64,000 bases of DNA from an uncultured Bacteroidales bacterium (GTDB lineage Bacteria > Bacteroidota > Bacteroidia > Bacteroidales > DTU049). The translations under genes and the position numbers were made by a program. The stretch lies in the NCBI GenBank assembly GCA_964428185.1, contig CAYRXH010000004.1, positions 5,726 to 69,725 on the forward strand, in the 5' to 3' direction. The notes beneath the pieces are model-generated. The model made no database searches, was not told the DNA's origin, and saw only the letters and a program-made list of their open reading frames with translations. Of the stretch, positions 41,045-52,693 are shown one piece after another. Each line of letters begins with the position of its first letter. Position 1 is the first letter of the stretch.

Positions 41045-41341
41045 ATGAAAGACATTATATTGAAGCCGTTAATTACCGAAAAAATGACAACAGTGTCTGA
41101 GAAATTTGGCAACAGATATGGGTTTGTTGTTGTTAGATCAGCCACAAAAGATGAGATTAAATCAGCTGTTGAAGCATTGTATGATGTGAATGTGATTACT
41201 GTTAATACAATGATTTATTCTGGAAAGAGAAAAGCTAGAGGTACAAGACGTGGATTTGTTGCAGGTCATACAAAAGCTTTTAAAAAGGCAGTTGTCACTT
41301 TGAAAAAGGATCAGGTAATTGATTTTTACAGTAACGTTTAG
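41045..41341 (+). CDS. rplW: 50S ribosomal protein L23
   Basis: 98 aa with ILKPLITEK. Operon position. Confidence 0.95.
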   Translation: MKDIILKPLITEKMTTVSEKFGNRYGFVVVRSATKDEIKSAVEALYDVNVITVNTMIYSGKRKARGTRRGFVAGHTKAFKKAVVTLKKDQVIDFYSNV

Positions 41342-41360
41342 TTAAAAAAAAGAGAAAGCA

Positions 41361-42182
41361 ATGGCATTAAAGAAATACAAACCGGTTACTCCCGGTCAGA
41401 GATTTAAGGAAATCAGTGCTTTTGACGAGATTACTTCGGCAAAGCCTGAAAAAAGTTTGCTTGTTACCAAAAAGAAATCCGGAGGTCGGAACGGCAGTGG
41501 TAAAATGACCATGCGATATATTGGCGGTGGTCATAAACAAAAACACAGAATTATTGATTTTAAAAGAGAAAAGGAAAATATTACAGCTGTTGTAAAGACT
41601 ATTGAGTATGACCCGAATCGTTCGGCACGAATTGCATTACTGGTATACAAGGATGGTGAAAAGAGATATATTATTGCACCACAGGGCTTGAAAGTTGGGC
41701 AGACTGTTGACAGTGGAAAAGGTGTCGCAGCAGAAGTTGGTAACTGCATGTATTTGAGTGAAGTTCCATTTGGGACTGTCATTCATAATATTGAACTGCG
41801 TCCCGGACAGGGTGCAAAAATTTCAAGAAGTGCAGGTTCTTATGCGCAGTTGATGTCAAGGGATGATAAATTTGCAATTCTCCGTATGCCATCGGGTGAA
41901 ACAAGAATGATTTTACAGTCATGCAAGGCTACAATCGGGATTGTTTCCAATCCTGATCATAATCTTGAGGTTTCCGGAAAAGCTGGTCGAAGTCGTTGGC
42001 TGGGGCGTCGTCCTAGAGTCAGGGGAGTTGTGATGAATCCTGTTGATCATCCCATGGGTGGTGGAGAAGGTCGTGCTTCCGGAGGTCATCCAAGATCACG
42101 TAAAGGGATGCCTTCAAAAGGTTATAAAACACGAAAGAATAAAGTTACTGGTAAATATATTATCGAAAGACGTAAAAAATAA
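41361..42182 (+). CDS. rplB: 50S ribosomal protein L2
   Basis: [13 protein letters not shown] and [14 protein letters not shown]. Confidence 0.97.
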   Translation: MALKKYKPVTPGQRFKEISAFDEITSAKPEKSLLVTKKKSGGRNGSGKMTMRYIGGGHKQKHRIIDFKREKENITAVVKTIEYDPNRSARIALLVYKDGEKRYIIAPQGLKVGQTVDSGKGVAAEVGNCMYLSEVPFGTVIHNIELRPGQGAKISRSAGSYAQLMSRDDKFAILRMPSGETRMILQSCKATIGIVSNPDHNLEVSGKAGRSRWLGRRPRVRGVVMNPVDHPMGGGEGRASGGHPRSRKGMPSKGYKTRKNKVTGKYIIERRKK

Positions 42183-42187
42183 TTAAT

Positions 42188-42466
42188 ATGGCTCGTTCAC
42201 TAAAAAAAGGACCGTTTGTACATTATAAATTAGACAGGAAAATTCTGGAGCTGAATAATCAGGGAAAGAAGACCACAGTAAAAACCTGGTCAAGAAGTTC
42301 AATGATTACACCTGATTTTGTTGGTCATACTGTTGCAGTACATAACGGAAATAAATTCATCCCGGTGTATGTTACAGAGAATATGGTAGGTCACAAGCTC
42401 GGTGAGTTTGCACCAACCCGTATTTTCAGAGGACATGCAGGAAATAAGGATAAAGGCAAAAAGTAA
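42188..42466 (+). CDS. rpsS: 30S ribosomal protein S19
   Basis: ARSLKKGPF and [23 protein letters not shown]. Confidence 0.97.
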   Translation: MARSLKKGPFVHYKLDRKILELNNQGKKTTVKTWSRSSMITPDFVGHTVAVHNGNKFIPVYVTENMVGHKLGEFAPTRIFRGHAGNKDKGKK

Positions 42467-42488
42467 GAATTTTTAAAAAGGAAACACA

Positions 42489-42902
42489 ATGGGTGCTAGA
42501 AAACATAACAGAGCAGAGTTGATGAAAGAGGCAAAGAAAAGCATATATTTTGCAAAACTCAGACATTGCCCCACATCACCCCGTAAAATGCGTCGTATGG
42601 CAGACCTTATTAGAGGAATGGAGGTTGAAAAAGCATTACATACTCTTAAAATGGCTCCTCAGGAATCATCAATTCGGATGCGTAAATTATTATTATCTGC
42701 AATTGCCAACTGGCAACAGAAGAATGAAAGAATGCGTGTTGAGGATGCAAATTTGTTTGTAAAAACAGTTTTTGTAGATCAGGGAAGAAGTCTTAAGAGG
42801 TTACGCACTGCTCCTCAGGGACGAGGCTACAGGATTCAGAAGCGTTCAAACCATGTGACGCTCATTATTGACAGTAAAGTGCCTCAACAGCAAGAAAATT
42901 AA
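42489..42902 (+). CDS. rplV: 50S ribosomal protein L22
   Basis: 137 aa with [14 protein letters not shown]. Operon position. Confidence 0.95.
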   Translation: MGARKHNRAELMKEAKKSIYFAKLRHCPTSPRKMRRMADLIRGMEVEKALHTLKMAPQESSIRMRKLLLSAIANWQQKNERMRVEDANLFVKTVFVDQGRSLKRLRTAPQGRGYRIQKRSNHVTLIIDSKVPQQQEN

Positions 42903-42929
42903 AATAAAAAATTAACCGATCAGATATTC

Positions 42930-43643
42930 ATGGGACAGAAAACAAATCCGATAGCAAACAGATTAGGCATCATCAGAGCCTGGGATTCCAATTGGTATGG
43001 AGGTAAAACCTTTGCTGAAAAAATCGTTGGAGATGAGAAGATCAGACAATATCTCAACGCAAGGCTTGCAAAGGCATCTATATCAAAGATATATATCGAA
43101 AGATCTCTAAAAGTAGTCACTGTTACTATTCACACTGCTCGTCCTGGTGCTATTATTGGTGCAAAGGGACAGGAAGTCGATAAACTTAAGGAAGAACTTA
43201 AAAAAATTACGAGTCAGGACATTCAGATTAATATTGTTGAGATCAAACGTCCTGAACTGGATGCAAGACTTGTGGCAGCGGCGGTTGCTAGACAGATTGA
43301 AGGTCGGATTTCATATAGACGTGCACTTAAAACAGCCATAGCAGCCACTATGAGACTTGGAGCTGAAGGTGTAAAAATTATGGTGTCTGGTCGCGTTGGT
43401 GGTGCAGAAATGGCAAGAACAGAACAATATAAGGAAGGTCGTATACCTCTTCATACACTGAGAGCTGACATTGATTATGCACTTGCTGAAGCTCACACCA
43501 CATACGGACGTCTTGGGGTGAAAGTATGGATTTGCAAAGGTGAAGTTTATGGAAAACCTGATCTTTTTGAAGTGGCCGTACCTCAGAGAGAACGTGCCAA
43601 ACCCAAGGCAATTAAATCATTTCGTAAAAGAAACAAGAAATAA
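42930..43643 (+). CDS. rpsC: 30S ribosomal protein S3
   Basis: [14 protein letters not shown] and a KH domain. Confidence 0.97.
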   Translation: MGQKTNPIANRLGIIRAWDSNWYGGKTFAEKIVGDEKIRQYLNARLAKASISKIYIERSLKVVTVTIHTARPGAIIGAKGQEVDKLKEELKKITSQDIQINIVEIKRPELDARLVAAAVARQIEGRISYRRALKTAIAATMRLGAEGVKIMVSGRVGGAEMARTEQYKEGRIPLHTLRADIDYALAEAHTTYGRLGVKVWICKGEVYGKPDLFEVAVPQRERAKPKAIKSFRKRNKK

Positions 43644-43669
43644 TAACAGGCTAAATAAGATACATTGCT

Positions 43670-44110
43670 ATGTTACAACCGAAGAAAACAAAATTCAGAA
43701 GACAACACAAACTGAAAGGTCAGTTTAAACGTACTGCTACTTATCGTGGTACCGAATTGGCCTTCGGTTCATTCGGAATAAAATCACTTGAAACTGGATG
43801 GCTTACTGCCAGACAGATTGAAGCAGCCCGTCAGGCAGTATCACGTTATATGAAACGTGAAGGAAAAGTATGGATCAGGGTATTTCCTGACAAACCCTTG
43901 ACAAAAAAACCTGCCGAAGTACGTATGGGAAAGGGAAAGGGAGCACCTGAACTGTTTGTCGCTGTTATTAACCCCGGACGCATGTTGTTTGAAGCAGAAG
44001 GAGTAACATTGGAAGTTGCAAAAGAAGCACTCCGCCTTGCTGCCCAGAAATTACCTGTGAAAACAAAATTTGTCATGCGTCGTGATTTTGTTGAAGAAAC
44101 TAATATTTAA
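43670..44110 (+). CDS. rplP: 50S ribosomal protein L16
   Basis: [14 protein letters not shown] and [10 protein letters not shown]. Confidence 0.97.
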   Translation: MLQPKKTKFRRQHKLKGQFKRTATYRGTELAFGSFGIKSLETGWLTARQIEAARQAVSRYMKREGKVWIRVFPDKPLTKKPAEVRMGKGKGAPELFVAVINPGRMLFEAEGVTLEVAKEALRLAAQKLPVKTKFVMRRDFVEETNI

Positions 44111-44118
44111 GAGCCGCT

Positions 44119-44328
44119 ATGAAGTATGTTGTAATAAAAGAGATGAGTACCAGTGAATTGCTGGAGCGCCTCACAGAAGAAAAAAAGCAGTTGACAAAAT
44201 TAAAAATTAATCATGCTGTGACTCCTCTTGAAAATCCTATGAAGATTCAGGAGTATAGAACAACCATCGCCAGAATCAAAACTGAACTGCGCAGAAGGGA
44301 AATTGAAAGTAATAAAAAAGAACAATAA
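44119..44328 (+). CDS. rpmC: 50S ribosomal protein L29
   Basis: 69 aa helical protein. Operon position between rplP and rpsQ. Confidence 0.9.
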   Translation: MKYVVIKEMSTSELLERLTEEKKQLTKLKINHAVTPLENPMKIQEYRTTIARIKTELRRREIESNKKEQ

Positions 44329-44340
44329 GTATACGGAAGT

Positions 44341-44595
44341 ATGGAACGTAATCTGAGAAAAGAGCGTATTGGTATCGTTGTCAGCAACAAAATGGACAAG
44401 TCCATTGTAGTCTTGACAGAGCTGAAAGAAAAGCATCCTATGTATGGGAAGTTTATGAAAAGGTCAACCAAGTTTACTGCTCATGACGAAAAGAATGAAG
44501 CCAACATCGGAGATAAAGTTAAGATCATGGAAACACGCCCCATGAGCAAAAACAAATGTTGGAGATTAGTAGAAATTATTGAAAGAGCTTTATAA
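44341..44595 (+). CDS. rpsQ: 30S ribosomal protein S17
   Basis: [19 protein letters not shown]. Confidence 0.95.
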   Translation: MERNLRKERIGIVVSNKMDKSIVVLTELKEKHPMYGKFMKRSTKFTAHDEKNEANIGDKVKIMETRPMSKNKCWRLVEIIERAL

Positions 44596-44597
44596 TT

Positions 44598-44966
44598 ATG
44601 ATACAGCAAGAATCCAGACTAAGGGTAGCAGATAATAGCGGAGCAAAAGAAGTTTTATGTATCCGTGTTCTTGGGGGCACCCGTAAACGTTATGCACGCG
44701 TTGGCGATAAAATTATTGTCACAGTAAAAGATGCCTTGCCTTCAGGCAATATTAAAAAAGGAACAGTATCAAAAGCAGTTGTTGTTAGAACAAAAAAAGA
44801 AACCCGTCGTCCTGATGGTTCTTATATTAGGTTTGATGACAATGCTGTTGTTTTGCTTACTGCCAACGAAGAATTGAGGGGCACGCGTATATTCGGACCA
44901 GTACCTCGTGAGCTGCGTGACAAGCAGTATATGAAAATTGTCTCACTTGCACCTGAAGTGCTATAA
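44598..44966 (+). CDS. rplN: 50S ribosomal protein L14
   Basis: [17 protein letters not shown]. Confidence 0.97.
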   Translation: MIQQESRLRVADNSGAKEVLCIRVLGGTRKRYARVGDKIIVTVKDALPSGNIKKGTVSKAVVVRTKKETRRPDGSYIRFDDNAVVLLTANEELRGTRIFGPVPRELRDKQYMKIVSLAPEVL

Positions 44967-44980
44967 ACATTATTTTAACC

Positions 44981-45301
44981 ATGAAACGAAAATTACATAT
45001 TAAAAAAGGGGACCTTGTGAAGGTAATTGCCGGTGATAGTAAAGGTCATGAAGGCAAGGTTCTTAGAATTTTTCCTGAAGAGGAAATGGCTGTGGTTGAA
45101 GGTGCCAATATCATTAAAAAGCACACCAAACCAAATGCAAAATATACACAGGGTGGAATTGTTGAAAAAGAATCTCCTGTCCATATTTCAAACTTACAGC
45201 TCGTTGATGCAAAGGGACAGGCTACCAGAATCGGAAGAAAGGCCGGAGCAGATAATAAACTAGTTCGTTATTCAAAAAAATCCGGGGAGGAAATTAAATA
45301 A
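44981..45301 (+). CDS. rplX: 50S ribosomal protein L24
   Basis: [17 protein letters not shown] (KOW motif). The stop overlaps the rplE start (TAATG). Confidence 0.95.
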   Translation: MKRKLHIKKGDLVKVIAGDSKGHEGKVLRIFPEEEMAVVEGANIIKKHTKPNAKYTQGGIVEKESPVHISNLQLVDAKGQATRIGRKAGADNKLVRYSKKSGEEIK

Positions 45302-45849
45302 TGGCTTACGTTGCAAGACTTAAGGAAAAATTTCAGAAGGACATCGTTCCTGCTTTAATGGAACAGTTTCAGTACAAAACTGTGATGCAGGTGCCTCGTA
45401 TTCAGAAAATATGTCTGAATCAGGGGATAGGTGATTCGATTGTTGACAAGAAACTTCTTGAGGCAGCAGTTGAGGAAATGTCAAATATTGCCGGACAGAA
45501 AGCTGTTCTTGCCAAATCAAAGAAGGATGTTTCTAACTTTAAACTCAGAAAGGGGATGCCCGTGGGTGTTCGTGTAACTCTGAGAGGTGAAAGAATGTAT
45601 GAATTTCTGGATAGGTTGATTGCCGTGTCAATTCCAAGGGTTCGAGATTTCAAGGGTGTGAATGATAAAGGTTTTGATGGAAGAGGAAACTACTCTTTTG
45701 GAGTCACTGAACAGATTATTTTCCCTGAAATTAATATAGATAAAATTCATAAGATAACAGGAATGGATGTAACAATTGTTACAACTGCCACATCCGATAA
45801 GGAAGCAATGGCACTGTTGAAAGAATTTGGTTTTCCATTTAAAAAGTAA
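45301..45849 (+). CDS. rplE: 50S ribosomal protein L5
   Basis: 182 aa with [18 protein letters not shown] and [10 protein letters not shown]. Confidence 0.97.
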   Translation: MAYVARLKEKFQKDIVPALMEQFQYKTVMQVPRIQKICLNQGIGDSIVDKKLLEAAVEEMSNIAGQKAVLAKSKKDVSNFKLRKGMPVGVRVTLRGERMYEFLDRLIAVSIPRVRDFKGVNDKGFDGRGNYSFGVTEQIIFPEINIDKIHKITGMDVTIVTTATSDKEAMALLKEFGFPFKK

Positions 45850-45856
45850 CACTCAT

Positions 45857-46126
45857 ATGGCAAAAGAATCAATAAAAGCGAGAGAAAGAAAAAAGGAAGA
45901 ACTCGTAGCAAAGTATGCCGAAAAAAGAGCTGCACTGAAAGCAGCAGGTGATTGGGTAGCAATACAGAAATTACCCAAAAATTCTTCTAAGGTCAGGCTT
46001 CATAATCGCTGTAAGCTGACCGGGCGACCCAAGGGATATATGAGATATTTTGGTCTGTCCAGAATTAACTTCCGTGAAATGGCTAACAACGGCCTTATTC
46101 CTGGAGTTAAAAAAGCGAGCTGGTAG
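45857..46126 (+). CDS. rpsN: 30S ribosomal protein S14 (long form, no CxxC pairs)
   Basis: [10 protein letters not shown]...[11 protein letters not shown]. Trimmed from the ORF-track start at 45827, which overlaps rplE. Confidence 0.95.
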   Translation: MAKESIKARERKKEELVAKYAEKRAALKAAGDWVAIQKLPKNSSKVRLHNRCKLTGRPKGYMRYFGLSRINFREMANNGLIPGVKKASW

Positions 46127-46160
46127 TAGTTTATTTGTTAACGAAAAAAAATGGAATAAA

Positions 46161-46559
46161 ATGATAACCGATCCGATTGCAGATTATTTAACAAGAGTCA
46201 GAAATGCCATTGCGGCCAAACATAAGATTGTAGAAATTCCTGCTTCAAAAATGAAAAAAGGAATCACTGAGATTTTATACGAACAGGGATATATCCTGAA
46301 TTACAAATTTGAAATGAAGGATAAGTTTGAGATGATAAAAATTGCTCTTAAATATGATCCTGTCAGCAAACTTCCGGCAATTACTGAATTAACCAGAGCC
46401 AGCAAGCCAGGTTTAAGGAAATATGCAGATGTTCATTCTCTGCCGAGAGTAATGAATGGTCTTGGTATTGCTATCATCAGTACTTCAAAAGGTCTGATGA
46501 CTGAAAAGGAATCAAGAAAGCAGAATATCGGCGGTGAAGTTATTTGTTACGTATCGTAA
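46161..46559 (+). CDS. rpsH: 30S ribosomal protein S8
   Basis: [16 protein letters not shown]. Trimmed from the ORF-track start at 46050, which overlaps rpsN. Confidence 0.95.
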   Translation: MITDPIADYLTRVRNAIAAKHKIVEIPASKMKKGITEILYEQGYILNYKFEMKDKFEMIKIALKYDPVSKLPAITELTRASKPGLRKYADVHSLPRVMNGLGIAIISTSKGLMTEKESRKQNIGGEVICYVS

Positions 46560-46571
46560 AATTTTGAAACA

Positions 46572-47126
46572 ATGTCAAGAATAGGAAAATTACCGGTTGA
46601 ATTACCCAAGGGTGTTGAGATAACAGTGAACGGAGAGAATCTTATTACCGTTAAAGGACCACTTGGACAATTGCAGCAACAGGTTGACAAATCAATCACC
46701 CTGAAGCAGGAAGGAAATATTGTCACTTTTGAGAGAGCTAGTGATGAAAAGCAACACAGAGCAAACCATGGTCTTTACCGTGCTTTGATTGCCAATATGG
46801 TAACTGGTGTAAGCACTGGGTTTGAAACCAAACAAGAGCTTGTAGGTGTTGGATACAGAGCGCAGGCCAACGGACAAGTCCTTGAATTATCTCTTGGATA
46901 TTCTCATAATATCATATTTGAAATTCCTTCAGAGGTAAAAGTTGAAACGATTACTGAAAAAGGGAAGAATCCAATGATAATATTAAAATCAATTGATAAA
47001 CAATTGATCGGACAAGTGGCTGCAAAAATACGTTCCTTTAGAAAACCAGAACCATACAAGGGCAAAGGTATTCGCTTTGAAGGTGAAGTGATTCGTCGTA
47101 AAGCCGGTAAGGCTGCAGCCAAATAG
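46572..47126 (+). CDS. rplF: 50S ribosomal protein L6
   Basis: MSRIGKLPVELPKGVE. Confidence 0.97.
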   Translation: MSRIGKLPVELPKGVEITVNGENLITVKGPLGQLQQQVDKSITLKQEGNIVTFERASDEKQHRANHGLYRALIANMVTGVSTGFETKQELVGVGYRAQANGQVLELSLGYSHNIIFEIPSEVKVETITEKGKNPMIILKSIDKQLIGQVAAKIRSFRKPEPYKGKGIRFEGEVIRRKAGKAAAK

Positions 47127-47150
47127 TAACTGATTGAAATACATAGAATA

Positions 47151-47519
47151 ATGATAGCAAAACAAAAAAATCAAAAATCGTATCGCAGACAGCGGATTAA
47201 AATGAGAATCCGTAAGGTTGTGACCGGCACTGCAGAAAGGCCAAGACTCACAGTATTTCGCAGTACAAAAGAGATATACGTACAGCTGATTGACGATAAT
47301 GCAGGGGTCACTCTGTTGAGCGCCTCTTCCAAAACCAAGGGTGTCGCTGAGCAAAAAGGGACCAAATCTGAAAAAGCTGCTTTGGTAGGTAAACTCATTG
47401 CAGAAAGAGCAATCGAACAAAATATTCAATCAGTTGTTTTTGACAGGAATGGTTATTTATATCACGGTCGTGTGAAAGCATTAGCAGATGCGGCCAGAGA
47501 AGGTGGACTTAAATTTTAA
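47151..47519 (+). CDS. rplR: 50S ribosomal protein L18
   Basis: [21 protein letters not shown] and [17 protein letters not shown]. Confidence 0.97.
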   Translation: MIAKQKNQKSYRRQRIKMRIRKVVTGTAERPRLTVFRSTKEIYVQLIDDNAGVTLLSASSKTKGVAEQKGTKSEKAALVGKLIAERAIEQNIQSVVFDRNGYLYHGRVKALADAAREGGLKF

Positions 47520-47525
47520 TTTGAT

Positions 47526-48044
47526 ATGGCGAACGCAAATATAAAAAGAGTTAGATCAAGCGAAATAGAACTGAAAGACCGCTTGGTAGGTATTCAAAGG
47601 GTAACCAAAGTGACCAAAGGGGGTCGTACATTCAGTTTTTCAGCAATTGTGGTTGTTGGGAATGAAAATGGTGTGGTTGGCCATGGGCTTGGAAAAGCCA
47701 AGGAAGTTACATCGGCTATTTCAAAAGGAATAGATGATGCCAAGAAGAACCTTGTTCAGATTCCTGTTATTAATGGTACAATACCTCATGCTCAGGAGGG
47801 AAAATACTGTGGAGCACGAGTTCTAGTCAAGCCTGCTGCACCCGGTACTGGTATTATTGCCGGTGGTGCTATGCGCGCTGTACTTGAAAGTGTTGGTATA
47901 AAAGATGTATTGGCAAAATCTAAGGGTTCATCAAACCCTCACAGTTTGGTCAAAGCAACATTAAATGCACTGATTCATCTGAAAGATGCCCGAACTGTTG
48001 CTCAGCTCAGAGGTGTTGAAATGGATAAAGTGTTTAACGGATAA
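47526..48044 (+). CDS. rpsE: 30S ribosomal protein S5
   Basis: [21 protein letters not shown]. Confidence 0.97.
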   Translation: MANANIKRVRSSEIELKDRLVGIQRVTKVTKGGRTFSFSAIVVVGNENGVVGHGLGKAKEVTSAISKGIDDAKKNLVQIPVINGTIPHAQEGKYCGARVLVKPAAPGTGIIAGGAMRAVLESVGIKDVLAKSKGSSNPHSLVKATLNALIHLKDARTVAQLRGVEMDKVFNG

Positions 48045-48050
48045 TCCCGA

Positions 48051-48236
48051 ATGTATATGAAAAAGATCAAAATTACCCTGAAAAAAAGTGTGATCGGAAG
48101 ACCAAAAAAGCAGCGGCTGACCGTGGAAGCACTTGGAATTAAAAAAGTTAACGATTCTGTAGAAAAGGAAGAAACTCCACAGATTAAGGGGATGGTTAAA
48201 ACAATACTGCACCTGGTTGAAGTTAAAGAGATTTAA
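48051..48236 (+). CDS. rpmD: 50S ribosomal protein L30
   Basis: [26 protein letters not shown]. An alternative start ATG lies at 48057. Confidence 0.92.
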   Translation: MYMKKIKITLKKSVIGRPKKQRLTVEALGIKKVNDSVEKEETPQIKGMVKTILHLVEVKEI

Positions 48237-48258
48237 TAATTATTAAAGAATTGATACA

Positions 48259-48705
48259 ATGGATTTAAGTAATTTAAAACCTGCAAAAGGCTCAGTCAAG
48301 AAGGAGAAAAGAATAGGCAGAGGTGAAGGCTCCGGTCATGGTGGTACATCTACTCGTGGTCATAAAGGTGCACGCTCCAGAAGTGGCTATTCTCAGAAAA
48401 TTGGTTTCGAAGGAGGACAGATGCCTTTGTATCGCCGTATTCCGAAATTTGGATTTAAAAACCCCGGAAGAGTTGAGTACAGAGCCATCAATATTGATAC
48501 AATTCAGAAACTTTCTGAAGCAACAAAACAAACTGAAATCACTCCTGAACTGATGATGCAGAATGGGTTGATTGCAAAGCATGATCTTGTGAAAGTGCTT
48601 TCAAAGGGTGAACTTTCATCAGGTATTACTGTAATTGCACATGCATTCAGCAAGGAAGCTATACGTAAAATTGAAGAAAAAGGTGGTTATGCAATTAAAA
48701 TTTAA
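48259..48705 (+). CDS. rplO: 50S ribosomal protein L15
   Basis: LSNLKPAKGS and GRGEGSGHGGTSTRGHKG. Confidence 0.97.
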   Translation: MDLSNLKPAKGSVKKEKRIGRGEGSGHGGTSTRGHKGARSRSGYSQKIGFEGGQMPLYRRIPKFGFKNPGRVEYRAINIDTIQKLSEATKQTEITPELMMQNGLIAKHDLVKVLSKGELSSGITVIAHAFSKEAIRKIEEKGGYAIKI

Positions 48706-48708
48706 CCC

Positions 48709-50067
48709 ATGAAAAGATTCATACAGACACTGAAAAACATCTATAAGATAGAAGAACTTCGCAAACGGATTTTTTATACTCTTGGTATTATTCTAATTTA
48801 TCGTTTGGGGTCATTTATTGTGCTTCCTGGTGTTGATCCAAAAGCTCTTGGCGCATTACAGAATCAATCTAGTGATGGCTTGCTTGGTCTGCTAAATATG
48901 TTTTCAGGTGGGGCCTTTTCAAATGCTTCGGTTTTTGCTTTGGGTATTATGCCCTATATTTCAGCATCAATAGTTGTTCAATTGCTTGGAATTGCGGTTC
49001 CTTATTTTCAAAAACTGCAGCGTGAAGGAGAAAGTGGAAGGAAAAAAATTAACCAGATTACTAGATATCTAACAGTGCTTGTAACATTGGGACAAGCTCC
49101 TGCTTACATTTCAAATCTTGTAGCTCAATTACCCAATACTGCTATTTATCCGTTTGATGCTGCTTTCAGTACTCCACCATTCTTTTTCTGGTTTTCGTCT
49201 GTCGCTATATTAATTTCAGGAACACTGTTTGTTATGTGGCTGGGTGAAAAGATTACAGACAAAGGTATTGGTAATGGAATTTCACTTATTATCATGATTG
49301 GAATTATTGCACAATTGCCATTTGCATTGTTTGCAGAATTCATTTCACGTGTTGAGCAGCAATCTGGAGGGCTGGTGGTGTTTGTTGTCGAGTTGATAAT
49401 TTTAATTTTGGTGGTTATTCTCTGTATTTTGCTGGTTCAGGGAACAAGAAGAATTCCTGTACAATTTGCCAAAAGAGTGATCGGAAACAAACAATATGGA
49501 GGAGTCAGACAATATATTCCTCTGAAAGTTAATGCCTCTGGTGTAATGCCAATTATTTTTGCACAGGCTATCATGTTTGTTCCAATCACCATTGCAGGTT
49601 TCAGCAGTTCAGAGACTATGTCTGGATTTGCAGCTGCATTTTCCGATTTTAATGGTTTTTGGTATAATTTAACTTTTGCAATTCTCATCGTTGCATTTAC
49701 ATATTTCTATACTGCCATTACCATCAATCCAACACAGATGGCTGATGACATGAAGAAAAACGGCGGTTTTATTCCAGGTATTAAACCAGGTAAAAAAACT
49801 GCCGAATTTATTGATACAGTGATGTCAAAAATAACCCTTCCGGGTTCATTATTCTTAGCTTTTGTTGCGATTATGCCATCTTTGGTTCACCTGATTGGTG
49901 TAAATCCGCAATTTTCGCAGTTTTATGGTGGCACTTCACTGCTGATTTTGGTTGGTGTTGTGCTTGATACGCTTCAGCAAATTGAAAGCCATTTGCTGAT
50001 GAGACACTATGATGGTTTAACCAAATCCGGAAGAATTAAGGGAAGATCCTCAACAGGGATGATCTAA
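48709..50067 (+). CDS. secY: Preprotein translocase subunit SecY
   Basis: 452 aa, about 10 TM segments. Conserved position after rplO. Confidence 0.95.
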   Translation: MKRFIQTLKNIYKIEELRKRIFYTLGIILIYRLGSFIVLPGVDPKALGALQNQSSDGLLGLLNMFSGGAFSNASVFALGIMPYISASIVVQLLGIAVPYFQKLQREGESGRKKINQITRYLTVLVTLGQAPAYISNLVAQLPNTAIYPFDAAFSTPPFFFWFSSVAILISGTLFVMWLGEKITDKGIGNGISLIIMIGIIAQLPFALFAEFISRVEQQSGGLVVFVVELIILILVVILCILLVQGTRRIPVQFAKRVIGNKQYGGVRQYIPLKVNASGVMPIIFAQAIMFVPITIAGFSSSETMSGFAAAFSDFNGFWYNLTFAILIVAFTYFYTAITINPTQMADDMKKNGGFIPGIKPGKKTAEFIDTVMSKITLPGSLFLAFVAIMPSLVHLIGVNPQFSQFYGGTSLLILVGVVLDTLQQIESHLLMRHYDGLTKSGRIKGRSSTGMI

Positions 50068-50077
50068 TACTTAAGGT

Positions 50078-50872
50078 ATGATTATCAACTCCGAAGAAGA
50101 CCTTTTCTTTATTAAACAAAGTTCTTTGCTTGTTGGAAAAACACTTGGGGAAGTAGCAAAACAGATACGTCCCGGAATTAGTTCAAGAATGCTTGATCTG
50201 ATTGCAGAGGAATTTATCAGGAGTAACGGTGGTATTCCTGCCTTTAAAGGTTACAGAGGCTATCCTGCAACACTTTGCATCTCATTGAATGATGTTGTGG
50301 TGCATGGTATTCCTAGTTCTGAAGAATTAAAGGAAGGTGATATTGTGTCTGTGGATTGTGGTGTAATAATGAATGGAATGTTTGGAGATTATGCATACAC
50401 ATTTGTTATTGGTGAAGTTGATGATTCAATTCATCATCTGGTGAATAAAACATACGAGAGTTTGTTTCAGGGAGTAGAAGCCGCTGTTTCCGGAAATACC
50501 ACAGGACATATCGGATATGCTGTTCAGACTTATGTTGAAAAGCATGGTTTTTCAGTTGTGCGTGAATTGGTTGGTCATGGAATTGGGAAGGTACTTCATG
50601 ATAAACCGGAGATTCCAAATTTTGGAAAAAGGGGAAAAGGACAAAAACTGGAAACTGGCATGGCTATTTGTATTGAACCGATGATAAATATGGGAAAAAG
50701 AAATGTGTATCAGGCCCGTGACGGATGGACGATTCGTACTATGGACGGAAAACCTTCGGCGCATTTTGAACATATGGTGGTCGTTGGAGAGAGTGAGCCT
50801 CAGGTGTTATCAACATACGAATATATTGAAGAAAACATAAATAAAAATATATGGCTAAGCAACCGGCTATAG
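50078..50872 (+). CDS. map: Type I methionine aminopeptidase
   Basis: 264 aa with [23 protein letters not shown] and AHFEHMVVV. Confidence 0.92.
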   Translation: MIINSEEDLFFIKQSSLLVGKTLGEVAKQIRPGISSRMLDLIAEEFIRSNGGIPAFKGYRGYPATLCISLNDVVVHGIPSSEELKEGDIVSVDCGVIMNGMFGDYAYTFVIGEVDDSIHHLVNKTYESLFQGVEAAVSGNTTGHIGYAVQTYVEKHGFSVVRELVGHGIGKVLHDKPEIPNFGKRGKGQKLETGMAICIEPMINMGKRNVYQARDGWTIRTMDGKPSAHFEHMVVVGESEPQVLSTYEYIEENINKNIWLSNRL

Positions 50873-51069
50873 AACAGGACGGAACAGTCATCGAATCATT
50901 GGGAAATGCCATGTTCAAGGTAGAACTTGAAAATGGTCATGTCCTGATTGCTCATATTTCAGGGAAAATGAGGATGCACTACATTAAGATACTGCCGGGA
51001 GATAAAGTCAGATTGGAAATTTCTCCTTATGATCTTTCAAAGGGAAGAATAATATTCAGATATAAATAA
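50851..51069 (+). CDS. infA: Translation initiation factor IF-1
   Basis: 72 aa with [30 protein letters not shown]. It overlaps the map 3-prime end by 22 nt. Confidence 0.95.
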   Translation: MAKQPAIEQDGTVIESLGNAMFKVELENGHVLIAHISGKMRMHYIKILPGDKVRLEISPYDLSKGRIIFRYK

Positions 51070-51087
51070 CCACTAAGAATCAAAGAT

Positions 51088-51204
51088 ATGAAAGTCAGGA
51101 CATCAGTGAAAAAGAGATCAGACGACTGTCAGGTCGTAAAGCGAAAAGGAAGGGTTTATATTATCAATAAAAAGAACCCCAAATTTAAACAACGTCAGAA
51201 ATAG
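51088..51204 (+). CDS. rpmJ: 50S ribosomal protein L36 (single-Cys, non-zinc form)
   Basis: Not in the ORF track because it is under 60 aa. My translation is [38 protein letters not shown]. It sits at the conserved position between infA and rpsM. Confidence 0.9.
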   Translation: MKVRTSVKKRSDDCQVVKRKGRVYIINKKNPKFKQRQK

Positions 51205-51229
51205 GAAATTAAAAAAATAAATAACACAT

Positions 51230-51610
51230 ATGGCACGTATTGCAGGTATAGACTTACCAAAGAATAAAAGAGGTGAAATTGGCCTGACTTATGTTTATGG
51301 TATTGGCAGAAGCACAGCCCGTAACATCCTTGAACAGGCAGGGATTGATTTGAATAAGAAAGTTATGGATTGGTCTGATGAAGAACAGAATACTATCCGT
51401 TCAATTATTAATGATCACTTTAAAGTTGAAGGTGCCCTTCGTTCTGAAGTGCAGATGAACATCAAACGTTTGATGGATATTGGATGCTACAGAGGTATTC
51501 GCCATCGTATCGGCTTGCCTTTGCGAGGTCAAAGCACAAAAAACAATGCACGTACTAGAAAAGGGAAACGTAAAACTGTAGCCAATAAGAAGAAGGCTCC
51601 TAAGGGCTAA
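51230..51610 (+). CDS. rpsM: 30S ribosomal protein S13
   Basis: [14 protein letters not shown] and [16 protein letters not shown]. Confidence 0.97.
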   Translation: MARIAGIDLPKNKRGEIGLTYVYGIGRSTARNILEQAGIDLNKKVMDWSDEEQNTIRSIINDHFKVEGALRSEVQMNIKRLMDIGCYRGIRHRIGLPLRGQSTKNNARTRKGKRKTVANKKKAPKG

Positions 51611-51651
51611 AATGTAATTGAAAAGAATTCGTCATATAAAGAATAATTAAA

Positions 51652-52041
51652 ATGGCAAAAACCACCAGAGTAACTAAAAAAAGAGTAGTTAAAGTTGATG
51701 CAAATGGCCGTGCATATATTACGGCTTCATTTAACAATATTATTGTATCACTGACCAATGATAGCGGACAGGTTATCAGTTGGTCATCAGCCGGCAAAAT
51801 GGGCTTCAGGGGTTCCAAAAAAAATACTCCTTATGCCGGGCAGGTCGCAGCCGAAGATTGTGCTAAAGTTGCGTATGACCTGGGGCTTCGTAAAGTGAAG
51901 GTATATGTCAGAGGACCTGGTTCTGGCCGAGAATCAGCAATCAGAGCTCTGCATAATGCAAATATTGAAGTTGTGGAAATTATGGATATTACTCCATTGC
52001 CTCACAACGGATGTCGCCCTCCAAAAAGAAGAAGAGTGTAA
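51652..52041 (+). CDS. rpsK: 30S ribosomal protein S11
   Basis: 129 aa with [21 protein letters not shown] and [17 protein letters not shown]. Confidence 0.97.
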   Translation: MAKTTRVTKKRVVKVDANGRAYITASFNNIIVSLTNDSGQVISWSSAGKMGFRGSKKNTPYAGQVAAEDCAKVAYDLGLRKVKVYVRGPGSGRESAIRALHNANIEVVEIMDITPLPHNGCRPPKRRRV

Positions 52042-52063
52042 TAAATTTTGAAAACCTTGAATT

Positions 52064-52669
52064 ATGGCTAGATATATCGGACCAAAAACAAAGATTGCAA
52101 GAAAATTCGGATCGCCAATTTATGGCAGTGACAAAACATTTGAGAAAAAGAACTTTCCTCCTGGACAGCATGGACAGGCAAAAAAACGTCGTAAAATCTC
52201 TGAATACGGAATACAGCTTATGGAAAAACAAAAAGCCAAGTATACTTATGGTGTTCTTGAACGTCAGTTTCGCAGAATGTTTGATCTTGCTTCAAAAATG
52301 AAAGGAAAAACCGGTGAAAACCTTCTGAAACTTGTTGAATCAAGACTTGATAATGTAGTATTCCGGTTTAGTATTGCTCCATCCAGAGCAGCTGCCAGAC
52401 AATTGGTTTCCCATCGTCACGTAACTGTGAACGGAAAAATTGTTAATACTCCATCTTATCTGCTCCGTCCTGGTGACATTGTGACTGTCAGAGAAAAGTC
52501 TCAGTCACTGGAAGTTATTCAGGATTCTATTCGTTCAAACAGGAATCAGTATCCTTGGCTTGAATGGGATATGAACCTCATTTCAGGAAAGTTTATGGCT
52601 TACCCTGAAAGAGAAGAAATTCCGGAAAGTATCAATGAACAACTTATTGTTGAATTGTACTCAAAATAA
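52064..52669 (+). CDS. rpsD: 30S ribosomal protein S4
   Basis: [16 protein letters not shown] and an S4 RNA-binding domain. Confidence 0.97.
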   Translation: MARYIGPKTKIARKFGSPIYGSDKTFEKKNFPPGQHGQAKKRRKISEYGIQLMEKQKAKYTYGVLERQFRRMFDLASKMKGKTGENLLKLVESRLDNVVFRFSIAPSRAAARQLVSHRHVTVNGKIVNTPSYLLRPGDIVTVREKSQSLEVIQDSIRSNRNQYPWLEWDMNLISGKFMAYPEREEIPESINEQLIVELYSK

Positions 52670-52693
52670 TAGTATAACATAAAAAATATATAC

